DNA of 64,000 nucleotides from a bacterium (GTDB lineage Bacteria > Chloroflexota > Chloroflexia > Chloroflexales > Kallotenuaceae). Shown here in pieces: positions 37,133 through 46,400 of this stretch. Numbering within the stretch: the stretch's first letter is position 1; every line of letters begins with the position of its first letter. The DNA lies in the NCBI GenBank assembly GCA_016781525.1, contig JADDQE010000117.1:4039-68038 (forward strand), given 5' to 3'. A program made the position numbers and the translations under genes. The notes under the pieces were generated by a model, which searched no databases, was not told the origin of the DNA, and saw nothing but the letters and a program-made list of their open reading frames with translations.

Positions 37133-37182
37133 CCACTTGGCAGCGCTTCGGCGCTGCCGTATTTGCGAAAGAGAGCTGCGCA

Positions 37183-38244
37183 TTGCGCTCGTGGAAATTT
37201 TGGCTCGGCGTCGGCGTGAGCGCCGTCTTTGTATGGCTGACTGCGCGTGGATTAGAATGGCATGCTTTTAGCTCTGCCGTGAGTGACGCGCAGTATGTTT
37301 GGCTGCTGCCGGCAGTCGCGGTGTATTTCGCGGCTGTGTGGGCGCGGACATGGCGCTGGCACTACATGTTGCGCCACATGAAGCACATCAGTGTGGCTGA
37401 GCTCTTTCCAGTGGTTGTGATCGGCTACATGGGCAACAATGTTTATCCTGCCCGGGCCGGCGAAGTTATCCGCTCCTATGTCTTGAAGAAAAAAGCAGGT
37501 GTGAGCGTCTCTGCATCACTCGCAACCGTTGCACTAGAGCGCCTGTTTGATGGTTTAGTGATGTGCGCCTTTGTTTTTGCAACGCTGCCGTTCGTGCCGT
37601 TGCCTACATTGTATGCCTCGATCGTTGTCGGCTTCAGCGTCCTGTTCTTCGCTGTGCTGGTTGTCTTTTTGTTGCTCGCGGCCAACCCCGATCGTACCGA
37701 TGCGCTTGCGGCACGAATGATTGCGCTTACTCTGCCTCATCGCTTCCGGCCGCGTGCGACGACCTTGGCGAGTAAGTTCCTGGTCGGGCTTCATGCCCTC
37801 CGCTCGCCCCGGGAGCTGGCAATGATTTTGTTCACATCGACGGCGATCTGGTTAACGGAGACCGGTAAGTATTGGGTTATTGCCCAAGCGTTTCCTGCCC
37901 TTGAGGTCAACTTTGCGGTCTTGATGCTGATGACGGCCGTTGTGAATCTTGCGACGACGCTGCCATCCGCTCCCGGCTACGTCGGCACCTTTGACAAGCC
38001 CGGTATCGAGATACTGAAAGCGTTTGGGCAGCCGGCAAACGTTGCCGCAGCGTACACAATTGTGCTGCATGTCGCGCTGTGGCTGCCGATTACGCTGCTC
38101 GGATTTGTATTTATGGCTAAGGAAACCCTGCGCTGGCGTGAGCTTCAGCAGCTATCAGGTGAAGGCCCCGTGGGCAAAGAGGCACGGGGCAAGCCACACG
38201 AAATGACCTCGGCTACCTCAGAGCTTGAGCCCTGGAAGTCATAG
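37183..38244 (+). CDS. UPF0104 / lysylphosphatidylglycerol-synthase-TM-region family (flippase-like) membrane protein
   Basis: TTG start; MRSWKFWLGVGVSAVFVWL.. and GNNVYPARAGEVIRSY family-typical motif; about 8 TM. Confidence 0.7.
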   Translation: MRSWKFWLGVGVSAVFVWLTARGLEWHAFSSAVSDAQYVWLLPAVAVYFAAVWARTWRWHYMLRHMKHISVAELFPVVVIGYMGNNVYPARAGEVIRSYVLKKKAGVSVSASLATVALERLFDGLVMCAFVFATLPFVPLPTLYASIVVGFSVLFFAVLVVFLLLAANPDRTDALAARMIALTLPHRFRPRATTLASKFLVGLHALRSPRELAMILFTSTAIWLTETGKYWVIAQAFPALEVNFAVLMLMTAVVNLATTLPSAPGYVGTFDKPGIEILKAFGQPANVAAAYTIVLHVALWLPITLLGFVFMAKETLRWRELQQLSGEGPVGKEARGKPHEMTSATSELEPWKS

Positions 38245-38247
38245 ACT

Positions 38248-39570
38248 ATGCACATTGCGATCATCGGCGGCGGCTTCGCTGGCCTTACGGCGGCCCATGA
38301 GCTGCGGGCTGCCGGGCAGCAAGTAACGGTGTTCGAGGCGGGACCGCAGCTTGGCGGTCTTGCCGCCGGCTTTAAGGCGCCCGGCTGGGATTGGGCGCTT
38401 GAAAAGTTCTATCACCATATTTTCCAAACTGATAAAGCAATCATCGGCCTGGCCAAAACCATCGGCGCGGGTGAGATGCTCTTCTTCAACCAGCAGACGA
38501 CCGCGTTCCTATGTCCCGAGCACGGGGCGCACCCAGTCAGCATCCCCGGCATTCTCACTTTCCCGCATCTGCCGTTGATTGACCGCCTGCGGTATGGGCT
38601 AACACTGGCGCAATTCAAGCTCCGACGCGACTGGCAGCGGCTGGAGCAAACGACGGCCGAGCGCCATCTACGGCGATGGTCGGGCGACCGCGCGTACAAG
38701 CAGTACTGGGAGCCGCTGCTCGTAGGTAAGTTTGGACCGTATGCTGGCGAGGTAAACGCCGCATGGATCTGGGCTCGGATCAAGACCCGTTCGTTTAAGC
38801 TCGGGTATTTTAAGGGAGGCTTCCAAGCCTTCGCGGACGCGCTTGGCTCATATATCGAGCGCCAGGGTGCAACGATTCACTTAGCGCAGCCGGTACAGCG
38901 CGTCGAGCGGGCTGATGATGGGACCTGGACGGTTGATGCCGGTGGCGCTCCAAGGCGCTTCGATCGGGTGATTGTTGCATCCGCACCCGGCGTGTTGACC
39001 AAGCTTGTACCAAGCCTGCCACGTGACTACACTGCCCGTATGACGGCACTGAAGTCGATGGGTGCGGTGGTGATGGTCGTTGCGCTGCGGCAACAGCTGC
39101 TCACGAACGGGGTCTACTGGTACATGCCGCCTAAAGAGCACTTTCCGTATCTGGCGCTGGTGGAGCATACCAATATGATCTCGCCTCAGCATTATGGCGG
39201 AGATCGGCTGATCTACTGTGGCGACTACCTCCCGGCGGACCATCGCTACTTCACCATGCCGGACGAGGATGTTAAGCAGGAATGGCTATCGGCACTTCCA
39301 CAAGTAAATCGGGATTTCCACCCTGGCTGGATTAAGCAAAGCTGGCTCTTCCGCGAGCGTTATGCTCAGCCGGTCGTTCCTGTCGACCATTCGCGCAATG
39401 TACCGTCGCTGCGAACGCCGTTAGACGGTCTTTACTTTGCCAGCTTGGCGCACGTTTATCCTTGGGACCGGGGGACAAATTTCGCGGTCGAGCTTGGGCA
39501 GCGCGTGGCGCGTGAGGTGCTAGAACAAGAGGCTAGGGGCGAGAACAAAGAACAAAGGACAGAGATCTGA
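38248..39570 (+). CDS. FAD/NAD(P)-dependent oxidoreductase, amine-oxidase/phytoene-desaturase-like
   Basis: MHIAIIGGGFAGLTAAHEL..VFEAGPQLGG dinucleotide fold; 3 nt after upstream stop; last 16 or so codons lie in a heptamer array. Confidence 0.8.
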   Translation: MHIAIIGGGFAGLTAAHELRAAGQQVTVFEAGPQLGGLAAGFKAPGWDWALEKFYHHIFQTDKAIIGLAKTIGAGEMLFFNQQTTAFLCPEHGAHPVSIPGILTFPHLPLIDRLRYGLTLAQFKLRRDWQRLEQTTAERHLRRWSGDRAYKQYWEPLLVGKFGPYAGEVNAAWIWARIKTRSFKLGYFKGGFQAFADALGSYIERQGATIHLAQPVQRVERADDGTWTVDAGGAPRRFDRVIVASAPGVLTKLVPSLPRDYTARMTALKSMGAVVMVVALRQQLLTNGVYWYMPPKEHFPYLALVEHTNMISPQHYGGDRLIYCGDYLPADHRYFTMPDEDVKQEWLSALPQVNRDFHPGWIKQSWLFRERYAQPVVPVDHSRNVPSLRTPLDGLYFASLAHVYPWDRGTNFAVELGQRVAREVLEQEARGENKEQRTEI

Positions 39571-39631
39571 CAGCTGGCGGCTGAGTACTGAGCGCTAAGA
39601 GCTGATGACTGATACCTGAAGCCTGACAGCC
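39520..39631. repeat. heptanucleotide tandem array (about 16 units, AGAACAA / AGNNCTG type; CTGA every 7 or 14 nt)
   Basis: in phase from 39541: gagaaca aagaaca aaggaca gagatct gacagct ggcggct gagtact gagcgct aagagct gatgact gatacct gaagcct gacagcc. Confidence 0.8.
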
Positions 39632-39660
39632 ACCGCCCACTGTCTCCGACTGGAAATGAT

Positions 39661-41019
39661 ATGCCTGAGGAGTCTGTTTCAACGGGAGGGCTTCTCCTCC
39701 GCCTCTTCGCCGTTCTGCTGCTGGTGGGCCTGAACGGCTTCTTTGTCGCGGCTGAATTCGCTCTTGTCGGAGCACGAGCCTCACGCTTGGAGCAGATGGC
39801 GGAGGAAGGCCGGGGCGCAGCACGGTTGGCGCGGCACATGCAAGATCATCTCGATCGATATATTGCCGCATCTCAACTGGGCATCACTGTAGCTAGCCTG
39901 CTGCTTGGCGTTCTCGGCGAGGAAACCTTTGCGCTCTTAATCGAGCCCCCGGTCGCACATGCGCTTGAGTTTGTCCTTGGTGATATCCCCGCGCTCGCCA
40001 TGTACGCGCGCACCATCAGCACCACCGTCGGTTTTGCCTTCGCGATCTTTATCGTGACCACGCTGCACATCGTGCTAGGCGAGCAGGCGCCCAAGGTATT
40101 CGCGATCCGTGCCGCCGAGCAAACGGCGCTGTTTGTGGCGCGGCCGCTCCAGCTTTTCAACCGGACCTTTGGGCTGATTATCCGCTTCCTGGATTGGTTG
40201 ACGAATGGAGTGCTCCGCATCTTTGGAGTTCGCGGCCAAACCGGCCATTACGGGGCTCCAACGCTTGAGGAGCTGCGGATGATGATCCAGGCCAGCGGTA
40301 AAGAGGGCGTGCTGCACGAGGATGAACGGGAGCTGCTGATCAACGTGTTCGACTTTGGATCGCGGGCGGGGTACCAAGCGATGGTTCCACGGACCGATGT
40401 GAAGACGATCGCCGAAGATGCCACGGTGCGTGAGTTTTTGGAGCTTTTTCGCGAAACCGGGCATACCCGATTTCCGGTGCTGGGCACGGGCGGCGTCGAC
40501 GATGTTCGGGGCATTATCTCGGCCAAAGAGCTGCTTGTCGCTCTCAGTGAAGGCAATATTAACTTCGACCAGCCGATCGAGGCGCTCATTCGCCCGGCGT
40601 ACTTTGCGCCATCTACGAAGCGTGTGAGCGATCTCATGCACACCATGCAGCGCGAGCGCCAACGGATGGCGATCCTGATCGACGAATATGGGGGCATGGC
40701 GGGCATTATCACCCAGGAAGATCTGGTTGAAGAGATTGTGGGCGAGCTAGACGACGAGCTGGACACCAATCCCGACGACATTCAGTCGATCGACGCGCAG
40801 CACGCGGTTGTGGAAGGTGGCGCGCGCATCGAGGATGTCAACGACGAGCTTAACCTTGAGCTGCCTAGTGGCGAGTACGAGACAATCGCGGGTTTTATCC
40901 TGGAACAGCTTGGGCGGCTGCCCACGCCAAATGAGACGCTCCAGCACGACGGGGTGGTGCTGACGGTGCTGGAAATGCAAGGGCCGCGCATTGCACGCGT
41001 CGAAATCCGCCGAGTCTAG
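39661..41019 (+). CDS. CNNM/HlyC/CorC family transporter (DUF21, CBS pair, CorC_HlyC)
   Basis: LLVGLNGFFVAAEFALV, RTDV..CBS pair.., IDEYGGMAGIIT.EDLVEEIVGE motifs. Confidence 0.85.
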   Translation: MPEESVSTGGLLLRLFAVLLLVGLNGFFVAAEFALVGARASRLEQMAEEGRGAARLARHMQDHLDRYIAASQLGITVASLLLGVLGEETFALLIEPPVAHALEFVLGDIPALAMYARTISTTVGFAFAIFIVTTLHIVLGEQAPKVFAIRAAEQTALFVARPLQLFNRTFGLIIRFLDWLTNGVLRIFGVRGQTGHYGAPTLEELRMMIQASGKEGVLHEDERELLINVFDFGSRAGYQAMVPRTDVKTIAEDATVREFLELFRETGHTRFPVLGTGGVDDVRGIISAKELLVALSEGNINFDQPIEALIRPAYFAPSTKRVSDLMHTMQRERQRMAILIDEYGGMAGIITQEDLVEEIVGELDDELDTNPDDIQSIDAQHAVVEGGARIEDVNDELNLELPSGEYETIAGFILEQLGRLPTPNETLQHDGVVLTVLEMQGPRIARVEIRRV

Positions 41020-41066
41020 CAGCGTGCAGCGCGTTCCGGCATACGACCAGGGAGCAAACAGCAACT

Positions 41067-41714
41067 GTGGATGTGGAACCGGAAATGATCAGGCAGCGGC
41101 TCAGTGACCCGACGGTCGATGGGCTGTGGCTACGTGAGCGGCTGATGCCGCGCTGGACGGACGGCAGCGAGGGGCGTCCGATTGCTCCACCAGCCGATGC
41201 GCCACCGCCTCGCATCGGGGCGGTGCTTTTGCTGCTGTATCCGCACAATGACGCGGTCTACCTGCCGCTAACGCTGCGCACGGCGGCGCTCCGTACACAT
41301 TCTGGTGAAATCTCGCTTCCAGGTGGGCGCTACGACGATGCCGACGGAGATCTGAGCCAAACCGCGCTCCGAGAAGCATGGGAAGAGCTCGGGATCACGC
41401 AGAATGCCGTCACGCTTTGGGCGGCACTCACGCCTGTCTGGATCCCTGTCAGCAACTTCCAGATCACGCCCTTCGTCGGCTGGTCGGAGCAGCGTCCCTC
41501 ATTTGCTTCAGCGCCTGACGAGGTAGCCGAGCTGATCGAAGCGCCGTTACAGCTCCTGCTCCACGCTGACACTATTCGGAGTGAGATGCGCGAGCTACGC
41601 GGTAACCTGATGTACGTTCCGTTCTTCGCGCTCGGCGAGCACAAGGTTTGGGGGGCGACCGCCCTGGTGCTTGCTGAGGTGGTGGGCAAGCTAAGCAAGC
41701 ACCGACCGCATTAA
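41067..41714 (+). CDS. Nudix hydrolase, CoA pyrophosphatase (NudL-like)
   Basis: GTG start; LPLTLRTAALRTHSGEISLPGG..ALREAWEELGI Nudix box with upstream CoA-ase-type motif. Confidence 0.75.
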   Translation: MDVEPEMIRQRLSDPTVDGLWLRERLMPRWTDGSEGRPIAPPADAPPPRIGAVLLLLYPHNDAVYLPLTLRTAALRTHSGEISLPGGRYDDADGDLSQTALREAWEELGITQNAVTLWAALTPVWIPVSNFQITPFVGWSEQRPSFASAPDEVAELIEAPLQLLLHADTIRSEMRELRGNLMYVPFFALGEHKVWGATALVLAEVVGKLSKHRPH

Positions 41715-41780
41715 CGCAAAGACGCGCAGCTTGCATGCAAGCGTGCGTGCCCTGCGACCTTCCCTGCTCGTTGCGTGGCG

Positions 41781-44700
41781 CTACCCTGCAACTCCTACAA
41801 TATCCTCCGCTGCCCGCTCACGAGTGCTGCCGCCAATCGAGAAGTACGTTGCCTGCGGATGGTGGACGACGATCGCGGCTGTGCTCTGCTCGGGCACAAT
41901 CTGGAATGACGAGGTTAGCGTCGCGCCGATCTCTTCTGCCGGCAGGAGCCGCCAGACCTGGGCGTGCTGGTCGAGATCTGGAATGGCGGGATAGCCCCAC
42001 GAGTATCGCTTGCCGCGCTTGGCATCACTCGCGATACCCAACGCCTTGCGCACAATCTGGTTAGTGTATTCGGCAAGACCCTCGGCGGCTGTTACACTGA
42101 GACCATGGGCGAAGTACGAGGCGCTATAGTCGCCCTGGGCTTGCAGCGCATCGACGTGGTCGGTGGCGGCCTGTCCCAGTGTTACCACCTGAAACACGGC
42201 GACGTCCATACGCTCGCTGTCGACACTGGCGAAGTAGTCGGCGAGGCACAGCCGCTCACGCTCAGGTTGGCGTGGGAAATGGAAGCGCGTCAGCTCGGGT
42301 AGAAACTCCGGCTTGAACTGGCCTTTGCCGGCAGCCCAGGCACCCGGATCGTAGACGATCAGGTCGTTGCCTTCGCTCTGCACGGGGAAGTAGCCTAGGG
42401 CGACCGCAGGCCGGAGCCAGCCGCGCTCCTTGGCATCCCGCTGCAGCTCGCGCAGGCGCGGCATAAACTCCTCGTCGATCAGCCGCTGGTACTCCTCCCC
42501 CTTGGCATTCTTGGCACCCCACTGGAGCCGGAAGAGTGTGTTCAGGTCCATGTGCGCCCAGACATCCTCGAGCCGGATGCGCGTCGACGTCTTGGCGCCC
42601 CAAAAGGGCGGTGTCGGGATCGCGATATCCGTGCGGACATTGGAGCGGATCCGAGCGGTGTTGGCCTCTTTGCCAAGCTTTTCTAGCATGGTCCGACCAC
42701 GCTCAGGCTCTTCGAGCGCCTTGTATGCGCCGGCAATTACCTCGTCCACAAAGTGGCTGTGCCTTTTGGGATCGACGAGTTTGTCGACCGTTTCGAGGCC
42801 CTCGAAGGCATCCTTGCAGTAAAAGACGCCCGACTCGTAGGCCTTTCCAGGCTCGACAAACAGGATCCGCTGGCCATACTGCCGGTTGATCGCCGCACCG
42901 CCGACGATCAGCGGGAACTTGAGGCCGCGGCGATGGAGCTCCTGCACACACAAGGGCATTTGCTTCGAGGTGCTGACCAACAGCGCGCTCAGGCCAATCG
43001 CATCGGCGCCGACCTCGACCGCTTTCTCGATGATCGTGTTGAGCGGCACCTGCTTACCGAGGTCGTAGACCGTATAGCCGTTGTTGGATAGGATTGTGTT
43101 GACGAGATTCTTGCCGATGTCGTGGACGTCGCCATAGACCGTCGCCAAGACGACCTTGCCCTTGGTCGCGCCCTCCTGCTTGTCGAGGTACTGCTCAAGG
43201 TGGGCAACGGCCTTTTTCATCACCTCGGCCGACTGCAGCACGAACGGCAGGATCAACTCGCCCGCGCCGAACTTATCGCCGACCTCCTTCATGGCCGGCA
43301 GCAACACGTCGTTGAGAGTGGCAACTGCCGCCTCACCACGTGGGAGGCCTGTATCCATGCGGGTCTGGAGCGTTGTGTCGATGTCCGCCTCGATCGCTTC
43401 TTTCTTGCGATGGACGATCTTCCAATGAATACGCTGGTCGACGCTCAATCCCTCAGTCGGATCGGCCTTCTCTTCTTTTTCGGCCGCTGTCGTGTTCTCG
43501 TAGAACTGGATGAAACGCGCGAGGGCGTCCTCACGGCGGTTGAAGATCAGGTCTTCGCAGATCTCGCGCTGGTCCACCGGAACGTCGGCGTAGGGCGTGA
43601 CATGCGCCGGATTGATGATCGCCGCGTCGAGGCCGGCCTTGACGGCGTGGTACAAGAAGACCGAGTTGAGCGCGCCGCGTGCGTGCGGAGCGACGCCGAA
43701 GCTCAAGTTCGAAACGCCGAGGGTTGTGAAGCAGCCTGGAATCTCCTGCTTGACCGCGCGAATCCCGTCGAGTGTCTCGACCGCCGCGCGGCGCAGCTCT
43801 TCCTGACCCGTGGTGATCGGGAAGGTCAGCACGTCGAAGATCAAGGCCTCATTGGGTACGCCGAACTCGTCGTTGGCGATTTGAGCGATGCGATTGGCGA
43901 CCTCGAGCTTTTTGGCGGCGGTATGGGCCATGCCCTCTTCGTCGATGGTCATCGCCACGGTTGCCGCGCCATAGCGTGCCACCAGGGGCATGATGCGGTC
44001 GAGCTTTTCGCCGCGCCCACCTTCAAGCGACAATGAGTTGACGATCGCACGTCCCGGATACATCGCGAGAGTCGCCTCCTGGACATCCGCCTCGGTCGAG
44101 TCGATTACCAGCGGCAGCTCGATGTTCATGGTCAGCTTCTTAACGAGCTTGACCATCTGCTCCCGTTCGTCGGGACGCTCGGTCATGGCCACGCCGACGT
44201 CGAGCACGTGCGCGCCGCTGTCCTGCTGCTCGCGCGCTACCTCCACCACTCCATCATAGTCGTCGCCGAGCAGCAGCCGCTTGACCTTGCGCGAGCCCAG
44301 CGTATTGACGCGCTCTCCGATCATGAGCGGTGCCGGCTCCTGAGCCAGCGGCACGGCCTTCACGCCCGAAGAAACACTTGGAATATGCTCGATCTCACGT
44401 GGCTTGGGTGCGCGATCGTAGCCTAGCAGCTCGCGCAGCTTGGCGATATGTGTAGGCCGGGTACCGCAGCAGCCGCCGACCACGCCCACCCCGAAGTCGC
44501 GCACAAACTCGGCGACAATGCGGGCGAAGGGCTCGGGCTCCATTGGGTAGACCGTCTCGCCGTTGACCTCGATTGGCAGGCCAGCGTTGGGGATACACGA
44601 GATCGGCAGGCGCGAGTGCTGCGTCAGGAGGCGAATGGCATCCCGCATCAGCTCGGGGCCCGTCGAGCAGTTGAGGCCGATCACGTCGACGGGCATCGCC

Positions 44701-45407
44701 TCCAGGGTCGCAATCACGGCGGGAATCTCGGTCCCAAAGAGCATCGCGCCGGTCTCGGGCATAATCACGACTTGAGCCTGAACGGCGACGTCGTGGCGGT
44801 TCAGCTGCTGCTTGGCACGGCGGATACCGTCGAGCGCCGCTTTGACCTCAAGGATATCAAAGCTGGTCTCGACAAGGAGCACGTCCACGCCACCTTCAAT
44901 CAGGGCTGCGGCCTGCTCGCAGTAGGTATCCGAGATCTGGTCGAAGGTCACGTCCGAGAGCGCCGGATCGTCCGATGAGGGAAGCTTGCCGGTCGGGCCG
45001 ATCGAGCCTGCGACGAAGCGCCTGCGCCCATCCTTAGCCGCGTACTCATCCGCGACTGCACGAGCGAGCCGCGCGGCGTTGGCGTTAAGCTCGTGCGTTC
45101 GATCCCCGAGATCCCATTCTTCCAGGCGCATCCGCGTCGACTGAAAGGTGTTGGTTTCCAGGACATCCGCTCCGGCCTCCATAAACGAGGCGTGAATCTC
45201 GCGAATAATATCTGGACGGGTGTACGCCAGATAGTCGCGGTTGCCCTCGGTACGCTGGCCGCCAAAGTCGTCGACCGTTAGTGGATACAGATCGAGGCTC
45301 GTGCCCATCGCGCCGTCATAGATCAGCACGCGCTCGGCAAGCGCCGCGAGATACGCAGAATGGTTTGTTGTATGTGTCACAGGCAATCCTTTGCGAAAGC
45401 TAGTCAT
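41781..45407 (-). CDS. metH: cobalamin-dependent methionine synthase
   Basis: 1208 aa, all modules present (Hcy-binding, pterin-binding, B12 cap and DVHDIGKN-type B12 domain, AdoMet activation domain). Confidence 0.95.
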   Translation of the reverse strand: MTSFRKGLPVTHTTNHSAYLAALAERVLIYDGAMGTSLDLYPLTVDDFGGQRTEGNRDYLAYTRPDIIREIHASFMEAGADVLETNTFQSTRMRLEEWDLGDRTHELNANAARLARAVADEYAAKDGRRRFVAGSIGPTGKLPSSDDPALSDVTFDQISDTYCEQAAALIEGGVDVLLVETSFDILEVKAALDGIRRAKQQLNRHDVAVQAQVVIMPETGAMLFGTEIPAVIATLEAMPVDVIGLNCSTGPELMRDAIRLLTQHSRLPISCIPNAGLPIEVNGETVYPMEPEPFARIVAEFVRDFGVGVVGGCCGTRPTHIAKLRELLGYDRAPKPREIEHIPSVSSGVKAVPLAQEPAPLMIGERVNTLGSRKVKRLLLGDDYDGVVEVAREQQDSGAHVLDVGVAMTERPDEREQMVKLVKKLTMNIELPLVIDSTEADVQEATLAMYPGRAIVNSLSLEGGRGEKLDRIMPLVARYGAATVAMTIDEEGMAHTAAKKLEVANRIAQIANDEFGVPNEALIFDVLTFPITTGQEELRRAAVETLDGIRAVKQEIPGCFTTLGVSNLSFGVAPHARGALNSVFLYHAVKAGLDAAIINPAHVTPYADVPVDQREICEDLIFNRREDALARFIQFYENTTAAEKEEKADPTEGLSVDQRIHWKIVHRKKEAIEADIDTTLQTRMDTGLPRGEAAVATLNDVLLPAMKEVGDKFGAGELILPFVLQSAEVMKKAVAHLEQYLDKQEGATKGKVVLATVYGDVHDIGKNLVNTILSNNGYTVYDLGKQVPLNTIIEKAVEVGADAIGLSALLVSTSKQMPLCVQELHRRGLKFPLIVGGAAINRQYGQRILFVEPGKAYESGVFYCKDAFEGLETVDKLVDPKRHSHFVDEVIAGAYKALEEPERGRTMLEKLGKEANTARIRSNVRTDIAIPTPPFWGAKTSTRIRLEDVWAHMDLNTLFRLQWGAKNAKGEEYQRLIDEEFMPRLRELQRDAKERGWLRPAVALGYFPVQSEGNDLIVYDPGAWAAGKGQFKPEFLPELTRFHFPRQPERERLCLADYFASVDSERMDVAVFQVVTLGQAATDHVDALQAQGDYSASYFAHGLSVTAAEGLAEYTNQIVRKALGIASDAKRGKRYSWGYPAIPDLDQHAQVWRLLPAEEIGATLTSSFQIVPEQSTAAIVVHHPQATYFSIGGSTRERAAEDIVGVAG

Positions 45408-45440
45408 CGGGTCTTAGGCGTGGTTACCGCCGACCGAGGG

Positions 45441-46076
45441 TTACATCCATACGGCTTGGGAGAGCGTGCCTTGCCAGTAGCGAAATGCATCGGGAATCCG
45501 CTGTGTATGACCGGGCGAGAGTGGCGGCAGGCTATCCGTGGAGAACCAGCCAACATCTAAGGTTTCGTCACTCACGACTGGCATAGGATTGGGGTCGCAT
45601 GGACGGCACAGGAAGACAAACTGGTACAAATGCGCCGTCGAAGAACTGCCACAGAGCCGCGAGTCGTAGACACCGATAAGTGCGAGTGCCTCCACCACGA
45701 CTCCAGTCTCTTCCCACGCCTCACGACAGGTACCCTGTGCGGGCGTCTCACCAACCTCGAGTAGACCGCCTGGCATTGCCCAAAGCTGGTCGTCCTTGCG
45801 TTGAATCAGCAGTATCTCGCCCGCGGCGTTGAAGATTGCAGCATCCCCGCCGGGATACGGCGCGACATGTGTCAGGTCCGCGCTCCACCTTTGCTCGAGG
45901 GTATCGGCATCACGAAGATCCTGCGCCGCAAAAAGCTCGGCGGCTACTCGTCGGATACGCGCAAAGCGCTGCTGATGGTAAGGATTATCAGCGCTCCAGC
46001 GTAGCCCATCGTTCGCGACCGCTCGTAGCTCATCCGCCCAGAGCTGCAACCGTTGTCTCAGATTAAGGGTCACCAT
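45441..46076 (-). CDS. Nudix hydrolase with Nudix_N-type N-terminal helical domain
   Basis: Nudix box GGLLEVGETPAQGTCREAWEETGV; N-terminal LWADELRAVANDGLRWSADNPYHQQRF; ATG 46076 preferred over TTG 46085. Confidence 0.8.
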   Translation of the reverse strand: MVTLNLRQRLQLWADELRAVANDGLRWSADNPYHQQRFARIRRVAAELFAAQDLRDADTLEQRWSADLTHVAPYPGGDAAIFNAAGEILLIQRKDDQLWAMPGGLLEVGETPAQGTCREAWEETGVVVEALALIGVYDSRLCGSSSTAHLYQFVFLCRPCDPNPMPVVSDETLDVGWFSTDSLPPLSPGHTQRIPDAFRYWQGTLSQAVWM

Positions 46077-46080
46077 CTGC

Positions 46081-46110
46081 AACAAAAAACCTCCACACAG
46101 CCTGTGGAGG
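46081..46110 (-). terminator. S-box terminator overlapping the Nudix SD
   Basis: minus strand CCUCCACA-ggcug-UGUGGAGG-UUUUUUGUU; the 3' arm contains the only GGAGG ahead of ATG 46076. Confidence 0.75.
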
Positions 46111-46123
46111 AGCTCCCGCAGCT

Positions 46124-46281
46124 CCTCATCTGTCAGACCACGTCTGGCGGAATTGGCACCCTTCTCGAAAAGTGAAGGAGGAGCGCTAAAGGATGCATGT
46201 GTCTTCAGCCTTCCGCCTTCATCGTTTCGTCAGGGTTGCCGGGGCTTCATCGGGCCGGTCCCTCTGCCCCTCTGGATGAGG
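46124..46281 (-). promoter_or_regulatory. SAM-I (S-box) riboswitch aptamer
   Basis: minus strand CCTCATCCAGAGGGGCAGAGGGACCGGCCCGATGAAGCCCCGGCAACC...GGTGCCAATTCCGCCAGA...GATGAGG; near-identical core to the copy at 2851-2962. Confidence 0.9.
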
Positions 46282-46299
46282 TTTATTCGATTTTGATGC

Positions 46300-46328
46300 A
46301 CTATACCAAGCGGGTGCCGCCACGTCAA
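46300..46328 (-). promoter_or_regulatory. sigma-70-type promoter of the S-box/Nudix/metH unit
   Basis: minus strand TTGACG - 17 nt - TATAGT, about 20 nt upstream of helix P1. Confidence 0.6.
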
Positions 46329-46400
46329 TCGGGTGTTAGCTACGACATGTCGTCATCTATGCTCTGTTACAATCGGTCACGATAATCACGAGGAAGACCT

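Noticed and set aside
41729-41742. Perfect 14-nt palindrome GCTTGCATGCAAGC, considered as an operator or restriction-type site.
   Set aside because: It sits between convergent nudL and metH stops within a GC-rich dyad. A short bidirectional terminator hairpin is the simpler reading, and no second copy was seen.
43122-44036. 304-aa ORF on the plus strand inside metH. Similar long antisense or overlapping ORFs include 12879..13631, 52912..53616, 54952..55665, 10499..11077, 40075..40781 and 42430..42889.
   Set aside because: They lie entirely opposite to, or out of frame within, strongly supported genes. They have Arg/Ala/Gly-rich compositions typical of GC-rich shadow frames, and no SD or family motif.
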